DNA from: Nitrospira sp. | Lineage (GTDB): Bacteria > Nitrospirota > Nitrospiria > Nitrospirales > Nitrospiraceae | DNA: 49,069 nt | NCBI GenBank assembly: GCA_024281365.1 | Contig: JAMXAU010000001.1 | Span: 1-49,069, forward strand | Direction: 5' to 3' | Shown: positions 16,575-25,482 of the stretch, piece by piece | Layout of the letters: each line of letters opens with the position of its first letter | Position numbering within the stretch: the stretch's first letter is position 1 | Notes under the pieces: model-generated | Told to the model about the DNA's origin: nothing | Databases searched by the model: none | What the model saw: only the letters and a program-made list of their open reading frames with translations | Made by a program: the position numbers and the translations under genes

Positions 16575-17033
16575 ATGGTACTGTTGAAGAAGAACGTAGG
16601 AGTCGGTGCTATTGGCCTAGGCCTCTGGTTTGGTTGGGGGCTTGTGTTCACCGCAATTCCAGCAGCCGAGGTTGGCTATTCTTCCGATCAATATTGGATC
16701 GGCAAGGGCCAAGGCGACCTCACCAAAGGAAAAGCGATCTGTCAGCGCGTGTCGGAGCTGTCGGCTCGGACTGATCTGGCCAAACAGATCCGTGTGCTGG
16801 TTAAGGAACATATGATTGATCGGGTTCGCGAACGAGCAGGGCGTGAGAGCGAGCAGGACATTGAACTGACCCGCGAAGAGATCGTGCAGGAATATTTACA
16901 AGATGTGAAGATCGTCGACCGCCGAATTGATGAAGAGAATAAAATTTGTACCGCCACCGCCGTGATGCCGAAACGTCAAGTACTGCCGAAGTTTCCCGAT
17001 CACGCTCCAAGCCCTTCTGATACCCATCAGTAA
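16575..17033 (+). CDS. Exported LPP20-like hypothetical protein
   Basis: Hydrophobic N-terminus; YWIGKGQG...SELSARTDLAKQIRVLV pattern; ATG 1 bp after the upstream stop. Confidence 0.65.
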   Translation: MVLLKKNVGVGAIGLGLWFGWGLVFTAIPAAEVGYSSDQYWIGKGQGDLTKGKAICQRVSELSARTDLAKQIRVLVKEHMIDRVRERAGRESEQDIELTREEIVQEYLQDVKIVDRRIDEENKICTATAVMPKRQVLPKFPDHAPSPSDTHQ

Positions 17034-17095
17034 CGGAACTCGATTTGTACAGATTCGGTTGCAGTCCAGATTCGAGATCGGCTATGTAATCCCTT

Positions 17096-18364
17096 ATGCC
17101 CCTCGAGAACAATTTTCAACACGATGAGCTGTCGCGCAAGAATCCGGGCGAGCGATTGAGCGTCGCTGATCTGACGGACATTGTCCCTCCGGATTCCCCA
17201 AAATGGGGCGAGGCGATGGCTCACTATGGCACGAGGCTGTCTCAAGCCGGTGTCACAAGCGTCGTCTTTCTCCATGGCTCGCTCCACGGGACTGATCTGT
17301 TTGGTATGCAGCGGCTGGATGAGGCCGGTGGGCTGAAGCGGGGCTATTCACGCGGTGTGTCGGGAGTCGATGCCTTACTCGCGGCTATGCGTGAGGAAAG
17401 CAACGGGATTCCGTTGCTGCCGGGTGGACTGAAGCCGCCGCTTTCAAGCGATCCCGCCACGAAGCATCTCCTGGACGAACAGATCGGAGACGCGGGCAAT
17501 TTCACCGAGGCCTATGTCGAATCGTTTCGAAAAGCCCTGAACCAGAATCTCGCTCGTCCTATCTCCTGTCACAGGCTGCTCTGGGCATCCGAACACCACC
17601 ATCTGGGGCGGGCACTTGCCGCTGTGAGGTTGTTGGATGAACTCCATAAGCGCTGCACAGAGCAAAATCCGGGAGCCGGTCACCGAATTCTTGTCCAAGC
17701 GCATGGACAAGCGGGACTGGTTCTGGCGCTTGTGTCGAATCTTCTTTGCCCAAACCCGATCACGGGACGACCCAAACTCCTCAGTGTGCTGAGCAGCTAT
17801 GCGCAACAGACAAACCAGCCGGCGCTTGTCGAGACGATGAAACGCATCGAATCTTTGGTGGCAACTGCTACACTGCTGAACGGTGTTGCGCTCGACATCG
17901 TCACCTTTGGCACACCGGTCCGTTACGGATGGGATATTTCTGGGATAGGGAAGCTCCTGCACATCGTTAATCACCGGAATTTGCGGACTGATGGGAAGAG
18001 TTGGTTGGCCAAGATGGAACTGCCTCAAATCACCATGGAGATGCCGATTGCCTGGGGTGGAGACTATGTGCAGGAACTGGCCGTAGCGGGCAGTGATGCC
18101 GCCCCCGCGACGGAAACAGCCAAGGTTGTGAACAAGATGGTTTGGGAGTTGGTTGAGCCCTATGATGGGTTTGAACGGTGGCTGGAATGTGCGAGGCGGG
18201 CGGTGCGGTTCCCTAGCGAAGGCCACTGTCTGCTCGTTGATTATAAAGACAGCACTGGTTCAACGAACCCCCGCGATCATTATTATGGTCATGCCGTCTA
18301 CACCCGCCGGCATGCACTGCTTTTCAATACGGCACAGATTGGTCAGATTTTCTACAACTCTTAA
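17096..18364 (+). CDS. Alpha/beta-hydrolase-fold-like hypothetical protein lacking the nucleophile Ser
   Basis: VVFLHG, ILVQAHGQAGLV in place of x-H-S-x-G, DIVTFGTP, GDYVQ and a C-terminal GHAVY. Confidence 0.7.
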   Translation: MPLENNFQHDELSRKNPGERLSVADLTDIVPPDSPKWGEAMAHYGTRLSQAGVTSVVFLHGSLHGTDLFGMQRLDEAGGLKRGYSRGVSGVDALLAAMREESNGIPLLPGGLKPPLSSDPATKHLLDEQIGDAGNFTEAYVESFRKALNQNLARPISCHRLLWASEHHHLGRALAAVRLLDELHKRCTEQNPGAGHRILVQAHGQAGLVLALVSNLLCPNPITGRPKLLSVLSSYAQQTNQPALVETMKRIESLVATATLLNGVALDIVTFGTPVRYGWDISGIGKLLHIVNHRNLRTDGKSWLAKMELPQITMEMPIAWGGDYVQELAVAGSDAAPATETAKVVNKMVWELVEPYDGFERWLECARRAVRFPSEGHCLLVDYKDSTGSTNPRDHYYGHAVYTRRHALLFNTAQIGQIFYNS

Positions 18365-20757
18365 CGATCTTCCGTAGTGCTGGTAGCGCCTACCGGTTCG
18401 TTGCCAGCGGGCGCATCGTGAGAGTCGGGATTGAACGCTGCCGGTAGTACCTCTTCAATCCGTTCGGCAAGGATGAACGTCAGCTCATCGCGCACTTCCT
18501 GCGGAACATCCTTGAGGTCCTTCTCGTTCGCTTTCGGCAAGACGATCCGCTTGATTCCGGCGCGATGGGCTGCCAGCACTTTTTCCTTGATGCCGCCCAC
18601 GGGTAAGACGAGTCCACTCAGACTAATTTCTCCCGTCATCGCCGTGTCGCTTCGCACGGCTCTGTTCTCGTAAGCGGAAGCCAACGCGGTGGCCATGGTG
18701 ATGCCGGCTGATGGACCATCTTTGGGAATGGCTCCAGATGGCACGTGGATGTGGACTCCGTTCCGCTTAAAGCGCGAGATGTCCAATCCCATGCTCTCGG
18801 CATGTGACCAGAGATAACTCCTGGCCGCACGCGCCGATTCCTGCATCACGTCGCCGAGTTGTCCCGTCAGGGTCAACTCGTGCCCCCCAGGGAGCAAGGT
18901 GGTTTCAATATAGAGCACATCGCCGCCGGTCGGCGTCCAGGCGAGGCCTGTTGCAACGCCGGGAGGCAAGTGTTTCCTCGCTTCCTCCGGCATAAACCGC
19001 TCGGATCCCAACCACTCGCCAAGCATGTCGGTCCGTATCGCGACGGGCTGGCGATTCTGACCGTCCGGGAGATCAGCAAACGTTAAGGCGACTTTTCTGG
19101 TCAACCGCCCCAGCATCTGCTCGAGCTGTCGCACCCCAGCTTCCCGTGTGTAGCGCGAGATCACAAGATTCAGCACTTCGTCCGTGAGCACCGCCTGGCT
19201 TTCCTGAATACCGGCTTCCTTCAACCGCCTGGGCCAAAGGTAACGGCGAGCGATTTCGGCTTTCTCGCGCTCGCTATACCCTTGGAGGCGAATCACTTCC
19301 ATCCGATCCAATAGAGGTTGGCTGATGGTATCGAGCGTATTCGCTGTGGTGATGAAAAACACCTTCGACAGATCGAAGGGAAGATCCAAATAATGATCAC
19401 GGAACGTATGATTCTGTGCCGGGTCCAGCACCTCGAGCAGCGCGGACGCAGGGTCACCTCGGAAATCACGCCCCATCTTGTCGACCTCATCGAGCATCAA
19501 GACGGGGTTATTGACCCCTGCTCGACGGATCGCCTGGATAATACGGCCAGGGAGCGATCCGACATAGGTGCGGCGGTGGCCTCGTAGTTCAGCTTCGTCA
19601 TGGACGCCGCCCAGACTGAATCGCTCGAAGGTTCGGCTCATGGCTCGGGCAATCGATTGGCCTAGGCTGGTCTTGCCGACTCCAGGTGGTCCGACGAGAC
19701 AGAGAATCGGGGCTTTGGCCTTTGGGTTGAGTTTCAAGACCGCCAAATGTTCGACGATCCGTTCTTTGACTTCCTTGATGCCATAGTGATCTTCCTCCAG
19801 CACCTCACGGACAGTGGAGAGATCAAGATGCTCCTCGGAGGATTTTCTCCAGGGGAGTTCAAGGACCAGCTCAAGGTAGGTTCGAAGGACCTGATGATCC
19901 GGTGAGGTGGGCGGGACTTTGCCTAATCGGGTGACTTCTCGCTCGACTTCTTTGCGGATATGATCGGGCAGGTCCGCCTCAGCGATTTGTCGCTTGAGGC
20001 GAGCCACTTCGTTCTCATCATTCTCGCCTTCACCTAGTTCCTCCTGGATGGTCTTCAATTGTTCGCGCAAGACGTACTCACGCTGGGTTTTCCCGATTTT
20101 TGTCTGGGCATCTCGGGTGATCTTTTCACGAAGTTGCAAGATTTGGATTTCTTTCGACAGGGCGGCGTAGAGGCTGCGCAGAAGGTCGAGGGTCGACGCA
20201 CACTCGAGCAGACGTTGCTCCTCCACCACATTGAGATTCACCAGAGAGGCGATACGATAGGCCAGCGCGACAGAGTCATCTTCATTACTCAATACGGCAC
20301 CGATTTCTTGAATGGCAGGAGCTTGGATCAGTCTGGGCAACTCGGACACAAGCTCTTGAATGGCTCGGTGAAGTGCTTGCACCTCCGTTCCCTCGTCCGA
20401 AGGACGAGCGAGAGTCCGAACACGCACGGTGGAGTAAGGAGCCGACTGCTCCTCTTTTAAGAGGACGACGCGATCCAGGCCTTGAACGAGGGCGTGGATG
20501 GTTCCCTCGGAGGCTTGGCCGATTTGCTTGATGGTGGCTTTTGTCCCGATGGAGTACAGATCAGCCAGCCCAGGTTCCTCGGTCTGGGGATCTCGTTGAG
20601 CCACGACGACGATCGTTTTTTCCTCCGTCTTCATCGTGGCATTGACAGCGGCGACAGATCGTTCACGCCCAATCGTCAGCGGCATCATGATTCCTGGAAA
20701 CAGAACCGTGCGTTTGACGGGGAGTATCGGCAGTATCGATAAGACATTCTCTTCCAT
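18361..20757 (-). CDS. lon: ATP-dependent Lon protease (LonA)
   Basis: Lon N-domain, Walker A GPPGVGKT, Walker B LMLDEVDK, RGHRRTY, catalytic PKDGPSAG and GGIKEK. Confidence 0.97.
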   Translation of the reverse strand: MEENVLSILPILPVKRTVLFPGIMMPLTIGRERSVAAVNATMKTEEKTIVVVAQRDPQTEEPGLADLYSIGTKATIKQIGQASEGTIHALVQGLDRVVLLKEEQSAPYSTVRVRTLARPSDEGTEVQALHRAIQELVSELPRLIQAPAIQEIGAVLSNEDDSVALAYRIASLVNLNVVEEQRLLECASTLDLLRSLYAALSKEIQILQLREKITRDAQTKIGKTQREYVLREQLKTIQEELGEGENDENEVARLKRQIAEADLPDHIRKEVEREVTRLGKVPPTSPDHQVLRTYLELVLELPWRKSSEEHLDLSTVREVLEEDHYGIKEVKERIVEHLAVLKLNPKAKAPILCLVGPPGVGKTSLGQSIARAMSRTFERFSLGGVHDEAELRGHRRTYVGSLPGRIIQAIRRAGVNNPVLMLDEVDKMGRDFRGDPASALLEVLDPAQNHTFRDHYLDLPFDLSKVFFITTANTLDTISQPLLDRMEVIRLQGYSEREKAEIARRYLWPRRLKEAGIQESQAVLTDEVLNLVISRYTREAGVRQLEQMLGRLTRKVALTFADLPDGQNRQPVAIRTDMLGEWLGSERFMPEEARKHLPPGVATGLAWTPTGGDVLYIETTLLPGGHELTLTGQLGDVMQESARAARSYLWSHAESMGLDISRFKRNGVHIHVPSGAIPKDGPSAGITMATALASAYENRAVRSDTAMTGEISLSGLVLPVGGIKEKVLAAHRAGIKRIVLPKANEKDLKDVPQEVRDELTFILAERIEEVLPAAFNPDSHDAPAGNEPVGATSTTEDR

Positions 20758-21079
20758 GGGTAACCATCCTTGCTGAACGTTCAGGGCATTATATCAATCC
20801 AATAGGTTGCGCTGCATAGAAGTCAAGAGGATGGAAGCGCTGGTCGCTGAGAACTTTTTGATAAATAACGTCTTTGCCGCATTAATTAAGAGAAAGGATC
20901 ATGAATGGCAACGGTCCGGACATCTGTCTGACTGGGTATTGACCTCCTGTAGCAATGAGCAGTCGTCGCTGTGACGGAGGTGTGGGACCGACGTGCAAAG
21001 CCTGGGCGATTGTGTTATCCATGCACTACCAGTGCCGGCGATTTGTCCTTGGTAGTTAGAGATTGGGAACCTATCGGTT

Positions 21080-21622
21080 ATGAACTACTGCAGTCACTGT
21101 GGCGCGACCGTGACACACAAAGTTCCAGTGGGTGACAATCTTCCGAGGCATGTGTGTGACCAGTGCGAGCGCATTCATTATCATAACCCCAAGATTGTCG
21201 CGGGCTGTATTCCGGAATGGGAAGGCCAAGTCCTTCTCTGCCGTCGTGCGATCGAGCCACGTCTTGGACTCTGGACGTTCCCGGCTGGATTTATGGAGTT
21301 GGGCGAAAGTACTGAGCAGGCGGCTGTGCGTGAGACGATGGAGGAGGCGCAGGCTGATGTCACGATTGCCGGACTTTATGCTGTGCTCAGTCTACCTCAT
21401 ATCGGACAGGTCTACCTCGTGTTTCGGGGACGAATGACGGCGCCGACTTTCATGGCTGGACCTGAAAGTTTGGACGTCAGGCTCTTTTCACTCTCCGCCA
21501 TCCCTTGGGAGACGATGGCCTTCCCAGTGGTCAGCGAAGCGCTGAGGCGCTACGTTGCCGATGCGAAGAACGGTGAGTTTCCAGTCCACCTTGCCAGTCT
21601 GCCGGATCGGCTTGTGTCTTAG
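21080..21622 (+). CDS. Zinc-ribbon Nudix hydrolase (ADP-ribose pyrophosphatase-like)
   Basis: CxxC...CxxC N-terminus, HYHNPK and Nudix box AGFMELGESTEQAAVRETMEEA. Confidence 0.88.
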   Translation: MNYCSHCGATVTHKVPVGDNLPRHVCDQCERIHYHNPKIVAGCIPEWEGQVLLCRRAIEPRLGLWTFPAGFMELGESTEQAAVRETMEEAQADVTIAGLYAVLSLPHIGQVYLVFRGRMTAPTFMAGPESLDVRLFSLSAIPWETMAFPVVSEALRRYVADAKNGEFPVHLASLPDRLVS

Positions 21623-21794
21623 TAGGCTGCAGGGAACAGTTTGGATGTTCTGTTCCTGTGACACAACAGCATCACTTTTTGATCATCATCCCAGAGACCT
21701 GGTTGCTCTGTGATCGAGGCTTTGTTCGTGGGTGTCGATTACGGAATTCGAAGAAATAGACAATGGGGAAGATTGTCTGGTCTCCCAGTACCTG

Positions 21795-22157
21795 TTATTC
21801 CAGCAGGTGCTCCAACCATTCGGGTTCTTTTTTTCGGTCGGCTCGTAACTCCACCCCAAACCATCGCCCGTTCACCCAAGAGACGGTGGCTTGGGGAATG
21901 CAGAGCGGACTGTCCCGATCCGGCAGTTCGAGGAATAGACCGAGCTCCATGCCGACCTGTACATGTTGATTTCCTTGGATGCGGAATCCATATCGGCTCA
22001 GGTCGGTGATGGTGCCGTGTCCGATGATGATGTCGTTTCCTTCGGAACCGGAGTATCGTACTTTAAACGTTCCTCCTATGCGAGGCTCTCGTCGGCGGTC
22101 AGAGTTGAGACGGATTGCCTCCTGTTTGGCTTTTGCTGTCGATTTCCACCACTTCAC
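21795..22157 (-). CDS. PilZ domain protein
   Basis: RRREPR (RxxxR) and DLSRYG (DxSxxG) c-di-GMP motifs, VSW...FGVE. Likely GTG start at 22157 after GGGAGA. Confidence 0.75.
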   Translation of the reverse strand: MKWWKSTAKAKQEAIRLNSDRRREPRIGGTFKVRYSGSEGNDIIIGHGTITDLSRYGFRIQGNQHVQVGMELGLFLELPDRDSPLCIPQATVSWVNGRWFGVELRADRKKEPEWLEHLLE

Positions 22158-22402
22158 AGGTGTCTCCCTGCCTGGGTTACAAAGATGAATCGGCAATCTG
22201 CTGGTACAACTTGAGGGACATGAGGATGGCCTGCTTCACACTTCTTTGTCGGGAATGGGATATGCCGCCAGGGGGCACACTCCACCATGTTGAAGGCGAA
22301 ATGCAACTCCTTAACCAGTAGGTCTTCATTGATAAGAATCTCGGGGGAACACCAGGTGCGGAGGCGGTGTCCGCATGAAGTGTGCCTGAGAGAGACGGTC
22401 AC
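22154..22402 (-). CDS. Possible 82-aa hypothetical protein between the PilZ genes
   Basis: GTGA start/stop overlaps at both ends; no recognisable motif. Confidence 0.3.
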   Translation of the reverse strand: MTVSLRHTSCGHRLRTWCSPEILINEDLLVKELHFAFNMVECAPWRHIPFPTKKCEAGHPHVPQVVPADCRFIFVTQAGRHL

Positions 22403-22758
22403 TTCTTTGGCAGCTCACCTTTCGGCACGATCAGGGCCTGTCCTGCCGTGATGGTGAGCTGTTCCACCATTTGTTTGAGGCGTTCTTGGTCAGGGGCTTC
22501 AATTGTCAGAAATTCGACTCCAATACCTTGAGCTCCGGACCATCGAACCGTTCCCTTGCTGACATGGATTGGGGTGGTGTCCGCTTCAACTTGGAGAAAC
22601 AGTTCGACCTGCATGCCGGTGAAAGGGCGAAGAGTACTTTCCAACCGGCATCCTTTTAGTGAAAGATCCTTCACCAGGGCGTTGTATCGCAACTTATCTC
22701 GCTGGACCAGCGTGCTGGGAGCTGAAACCGGGAATCGCGGAAATTTCCGAACAACCAT
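22399..22758 (-). CDS. PilZ domain protein
   Basis: RKFPR and DLSLKG motifs, VRW...GIGVEF; AAGGA RBS. Confidence 0.88.
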   Translation of the reverse strand: MVVRKFPRFPVSAPSTLVQRDKLRYNALVKDLSLKGCRLESTLRPFTGMQVELFLQVEADTTPIHVSKGTVRWSGAQGIGVEFLTIEAPDQERLKQMVEQLTITAGQALIVPKGELPKK

Positions 22759-22864
22759 CTCGTATTCCTTTGATAGGTCCCGCTTCTGTCAATGCACGGG
22801 CCCCAGGCTTGTGAGGGTTCTACTACTGGGAAGCAATGAACCGGGTTCGATCGCTCTACAGAGC

Positions 22865-22893
22865 AGGCTATGTGGTGAAGGCGCTCTTGTCAA
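22865..22893 (-). promoter_or_regulatory. Candidate sigma70 promoter for the PilZ genes
   Basis: TTGACA-N17-TAGCCT on the minus strand. Confidence 0.5.
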
Positions 22894-22968
22894 TGAAAAG
22901 CCCGATCTAAACAGGCGTGAAACAGGCGGGACTCGTGGACTTTTCTCCAGCGTGGTCGTCTTCTGGCA

Positions 22969-23451
22969 TCACCAGCGGTAGCCCCAGTAGCCGAAATGCC
23001 GGTGCCCCCAATACGGGCGGTCGTACGGCGAGGCATAGAACGTAGCGCCTCCAAAATGGAGGCCCAGGCCGAGTCCTAGCCCAAGAGCCGGTGGCAAGGC
23101 GTAGCTATAGGGATAACCGTAGGAGAAGGGAACGACGCTGGTCGTGGGGCGCTCAGCCAGCTGTCGTTGCAAATTGGTCGTCGCAGCAGATTGCCGGTCG
23201 AGTTGATCCTTGAGTTGGCCGACGGTACTCTGCTGTGCCTGGAGTTTTCCTTCTAGCTCGGCGATTTTCTTTTGTTGCGCTTCCATGAAGGCATTCACAC
23301 AACGGGTTTGTGCGTCTGCCGTATAGGTCGAACATTCCCAAGGCACTTGGAGTGTTTCGGCTTCGGATGAAAATGGGGTGAGGATACTACCTAAAATTCC
23401 GGCGAAGACCGAGGCTCGTAACCATTGATCCCGGAAGGTTTCCCATTTCAT
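22969..23451 (-). CDS. Exported hypothetical protein with coiled coil and Tyr/Pro/Gly-rich tail
   Basis: AGGAGG RBS before ATG 23451; signal-like segment, Cys pair and heptad region KIAELEGKLQAQQ. Confidence 0.65.
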   Translation of the reverse strand: MKWETFRDQWLRASVFAGILGSILTPFSSEAETLQVPWECSTYTADAQTRCVNAFMEAQQKKIAELEGKLQAQQSTVGQLKDQLDRQSAATTNLQRQLAERPTTSVVPFSYGYPYSYALPPALGLGLGLGLHFGGATFYASPYDRPYWGHRHFGYWGYRW

Positions 23452-23628
23452 AACCTTCCTCCTGTGCAGCTGTTTAGAGGTTACCATGCGAATTTTACTT
23501 TGAACAGACGGCATTCATTCTTGGGAGGGGGTGATCTGATGGGCGTGATCGAACGGCCTGTTTGATTTTTGGAGAACGAGACTTCTACAATGCGACCGGT
23601 CATGCAAGTGTGAGTATAGGTTCGGCAC

Positions 23629-24342
23629 ATGCCTGGGCGACGCACTTCCAATAAGAAAAAATCACAAAAGGTAGCCCTCCCGGATCTTTCCGCCAAGCGT
23701 CGGTTTCAGCAGCGACTCTTGAAGTGGTATGGGGAGCATGGTCGAGATTTGCCTTGGCGAAAAACATCGGATCCCTATCACATCCTCGTATCCGAGGTGA
23801 TGTTGCAACAGACGCAGGTTGATCGAGTCATTCCCAAGTACAGGGAGTTTCTCGAACGATATCCGAGCTTTGAGGATTTGGCCGAGGCGCCGGTGGCTGA
23901 TGTGAAGAAGACGTGGTATCCGCTGGGATACAACGTTCGTCCGGAACGGTTACACGGGATTGCCTGTGAAACAGTGGAACGGTATGGGGGAAAGCTTCCC
24001 AGCGATGCGGAGGAGTTACTTTCATTCAAAGGAATTGGGCGGTATACCGCGGGGGCGATTCGCTCCTTTGCATTCAATGAAGATGCCCCTATTCTCGACA
24101 CAAACGTGATACGGGTTCTGCACAGAGTGTTTGTTGCCGAAGGGGATCCGAAAGCGCAGAAGACGATGCTCTGGGAATTGTCGGAAGCTCTCATTCCTCC
24201 GAAGAAGGGATACGACTTCAACCAGGCGATCATGGACTTTGGGGCGATGGTCTGTACTGCGCGCGATCCTTATTGTCTGCTCTGTCCGATGAAGTCGTTC
24301 TGCAAGACCTATCCATTCAGTCCGATGGAACGGAGACCGTAG
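23629..24342 (+). CDS. mutY: A/G-specific adenine glycosylase, short form (catalytic domain only)
   Basis: RDLPWR, VSEVMLQQTQV, HhH GIGRYTAGA, LDTNVIRV and 4Fe-4S motif C-X6-C-X2-C-X5-C; no C-terminal MutT-like domain. Confidence 0.85.
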   Translation: MPGRRTSNKKKSQKVALPDLSAKRRFQQRLLKWYGEHGRDLPWRKTSDPYHILVSEVMLQQTQVDRVIPKYREFLERYPSFEDLAEAPVADVKKTWYPLGYNVRPERLHGIACETVERYGGKLPSDAEELLSFKGIGRYTAGAIRSFAFNEDAPILDTNVIRVLHRVFVAEGDPKAQKTMLWELSEALIPPKKGYDFNQAIMDFGAMVCTARDPYCLLCPMKSFCKTYPFSPMERRP

Positions 24343-24346
24343 CAGG

Positions 24347-24757
24347 GTGCCTATGCAGGTTATAGAGGTGGCAGCTGGCCTGATCAAACGGAATAATCGC
24401 TATTTGATCGCTCGTCGGAAGGCCGGTGTTCATCTCGCCGGGTTCTGGGAGTTCCCCGGAGGTAAGCGGGAAGCCGGTGAATCCCTTGCAGACTGTTTGC
24501 GACGAGAGCTATGGGAGGAACTCAGTATTCAGATCGATTCTCCCATCCGCTATCAAATCGTTCGGCATGAGTATTCCGACAAGGTTGTGGAGCTTCATTT
24601 CTTTCACTGCGCGATCGAACAGGGAGAGCCGGTACCTCTGGGATGTGAAGAAATTCGATGGGTCTTTCCGGATGAACTGACGCTGTTTACATTCCCTCCG
24701 GCCGATTACGCCGTGATTCAGTCTCTACAGCGTGAAACCTCGGGAGTGTCGCGATGA
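24347..24757 (+). CDS. mutT: MutT-like (d)NTP pyrophosphohydrolase (Nudix)
   Basis: WEFPGGKREAGESLADCLRRELWEEL Nudix box, H.Y...V.LHFF and FPPAD. Confidence 0.8.
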   Translation: MPMQVIEVAAGLIKRNNRYLIARRKAGVHLAGFWEFPGGKREAGESLADCLRRELWEELSIQIDSPIRYQIVRHEYSDKVVELHFFHCAIEQGEPVPLGCEEIRWVFPDELTLFTFPPADYAVIQSLQRETSGVSR

Positions 24758-25470
24758 AGGTCGTGCTCGATATCGAAACGGTCCAAGCGCCTCGTGAGGA
24801 GTGGGCTCGTCTTGTGGGGAAGCCTGCTGAATGTCAGGGCCTTGCTCCTGGGGAACCAGGCTACGACCTTTTTACGGCGGGTGCGGTGGAGGAAGCGCGT
24901 CGTGCGGACGATGAAGCGTACACGAAATCAGCGTTTGATGGGACGTTCAGCCGCATCGTCTGCATCGGCCTGCTGGAATTTTCCGATCAGATGGAGGCGC
25001 GCAGCGCCATTGCCTGGTACGGGGCGAATGAGCGCGAGTTGCTCCGACAATTTTGGGCCAGGTTGGCTCAGGACCGGCCGACTTTATACATCACGCACAA
25101 CGGGCTGGGTTTTGATCTTCCTTTTATCAAGAAACGATCGATCATCAATCAGGTGAAACCCAGTGTTGAAATCAATCTCGCAAAATTTCGGACCGAGCCG
25201 GTGTATGACACGATGGCCATTTGGAGCAATTGGGATACGAGAGGCTGGGTCAAGCTCGATGTGTTGGCCCGAGCACTACAGGTCGACACGAAGTCAGGTA
25301 GCGGGGAACAGGTCGCCGAAATGTGGGGGAAGCGGCAAGGACGTGAACTGGCGCAGTATTGCTTACAAGATACCTACGTGACCTACGCCTGTTACAGCCG
25401 CATGAATTTCCGCCAGCCGCTTTCCAGAGAAGTCATTCTGCTGCAACCGGAATTGTGCGACATCGGCTGA
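24754..25470 (+). CDS. PolB-related stand-alone 3'-5' exonuclease (DEDD, RNase H-like)
   Basis: ExoI LDIET, ExoII HNGLGFDLPF and ExoIII YCLQD; ATGA overlap with mutT. Confidence 0.85.
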   Translation: MKVVLDIETVQAPREEWARLVGKPAECQGLAPGEPGYDLFTAGAVEEARRADDEAYTKSAFDGTFSRIVCIGLLEFSDQMEARSAIAWYGANERELLRQFWARLAQDRPTLYITHNGLGFDLPFIKKRSIINQVKPSVEINLAKFRTEPVYDTMAIWSNWDTRGWVKLDVLARALQVDTKSGSGEQVAEMWGKRQGRELAQYCLQDTYVTYACYSRMNFRQPLSREVILLQPELCDIG

Positions 25471-25482
25471 ATCGATTGATGC

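Noticed and set aside
20900-20942. 13-codon ORF MNGNGPDICLTGY with a good RBS upstream of the Nudix gene
   Set aside because: Too short to support without conservation or translation data.
20980-21010. GACGTGCAAAGCC resembling part of a c-di-GMP-I riboswitch
   Set aside because: The upstream GCAAACC/GNRA stem and overall architecture are missing.
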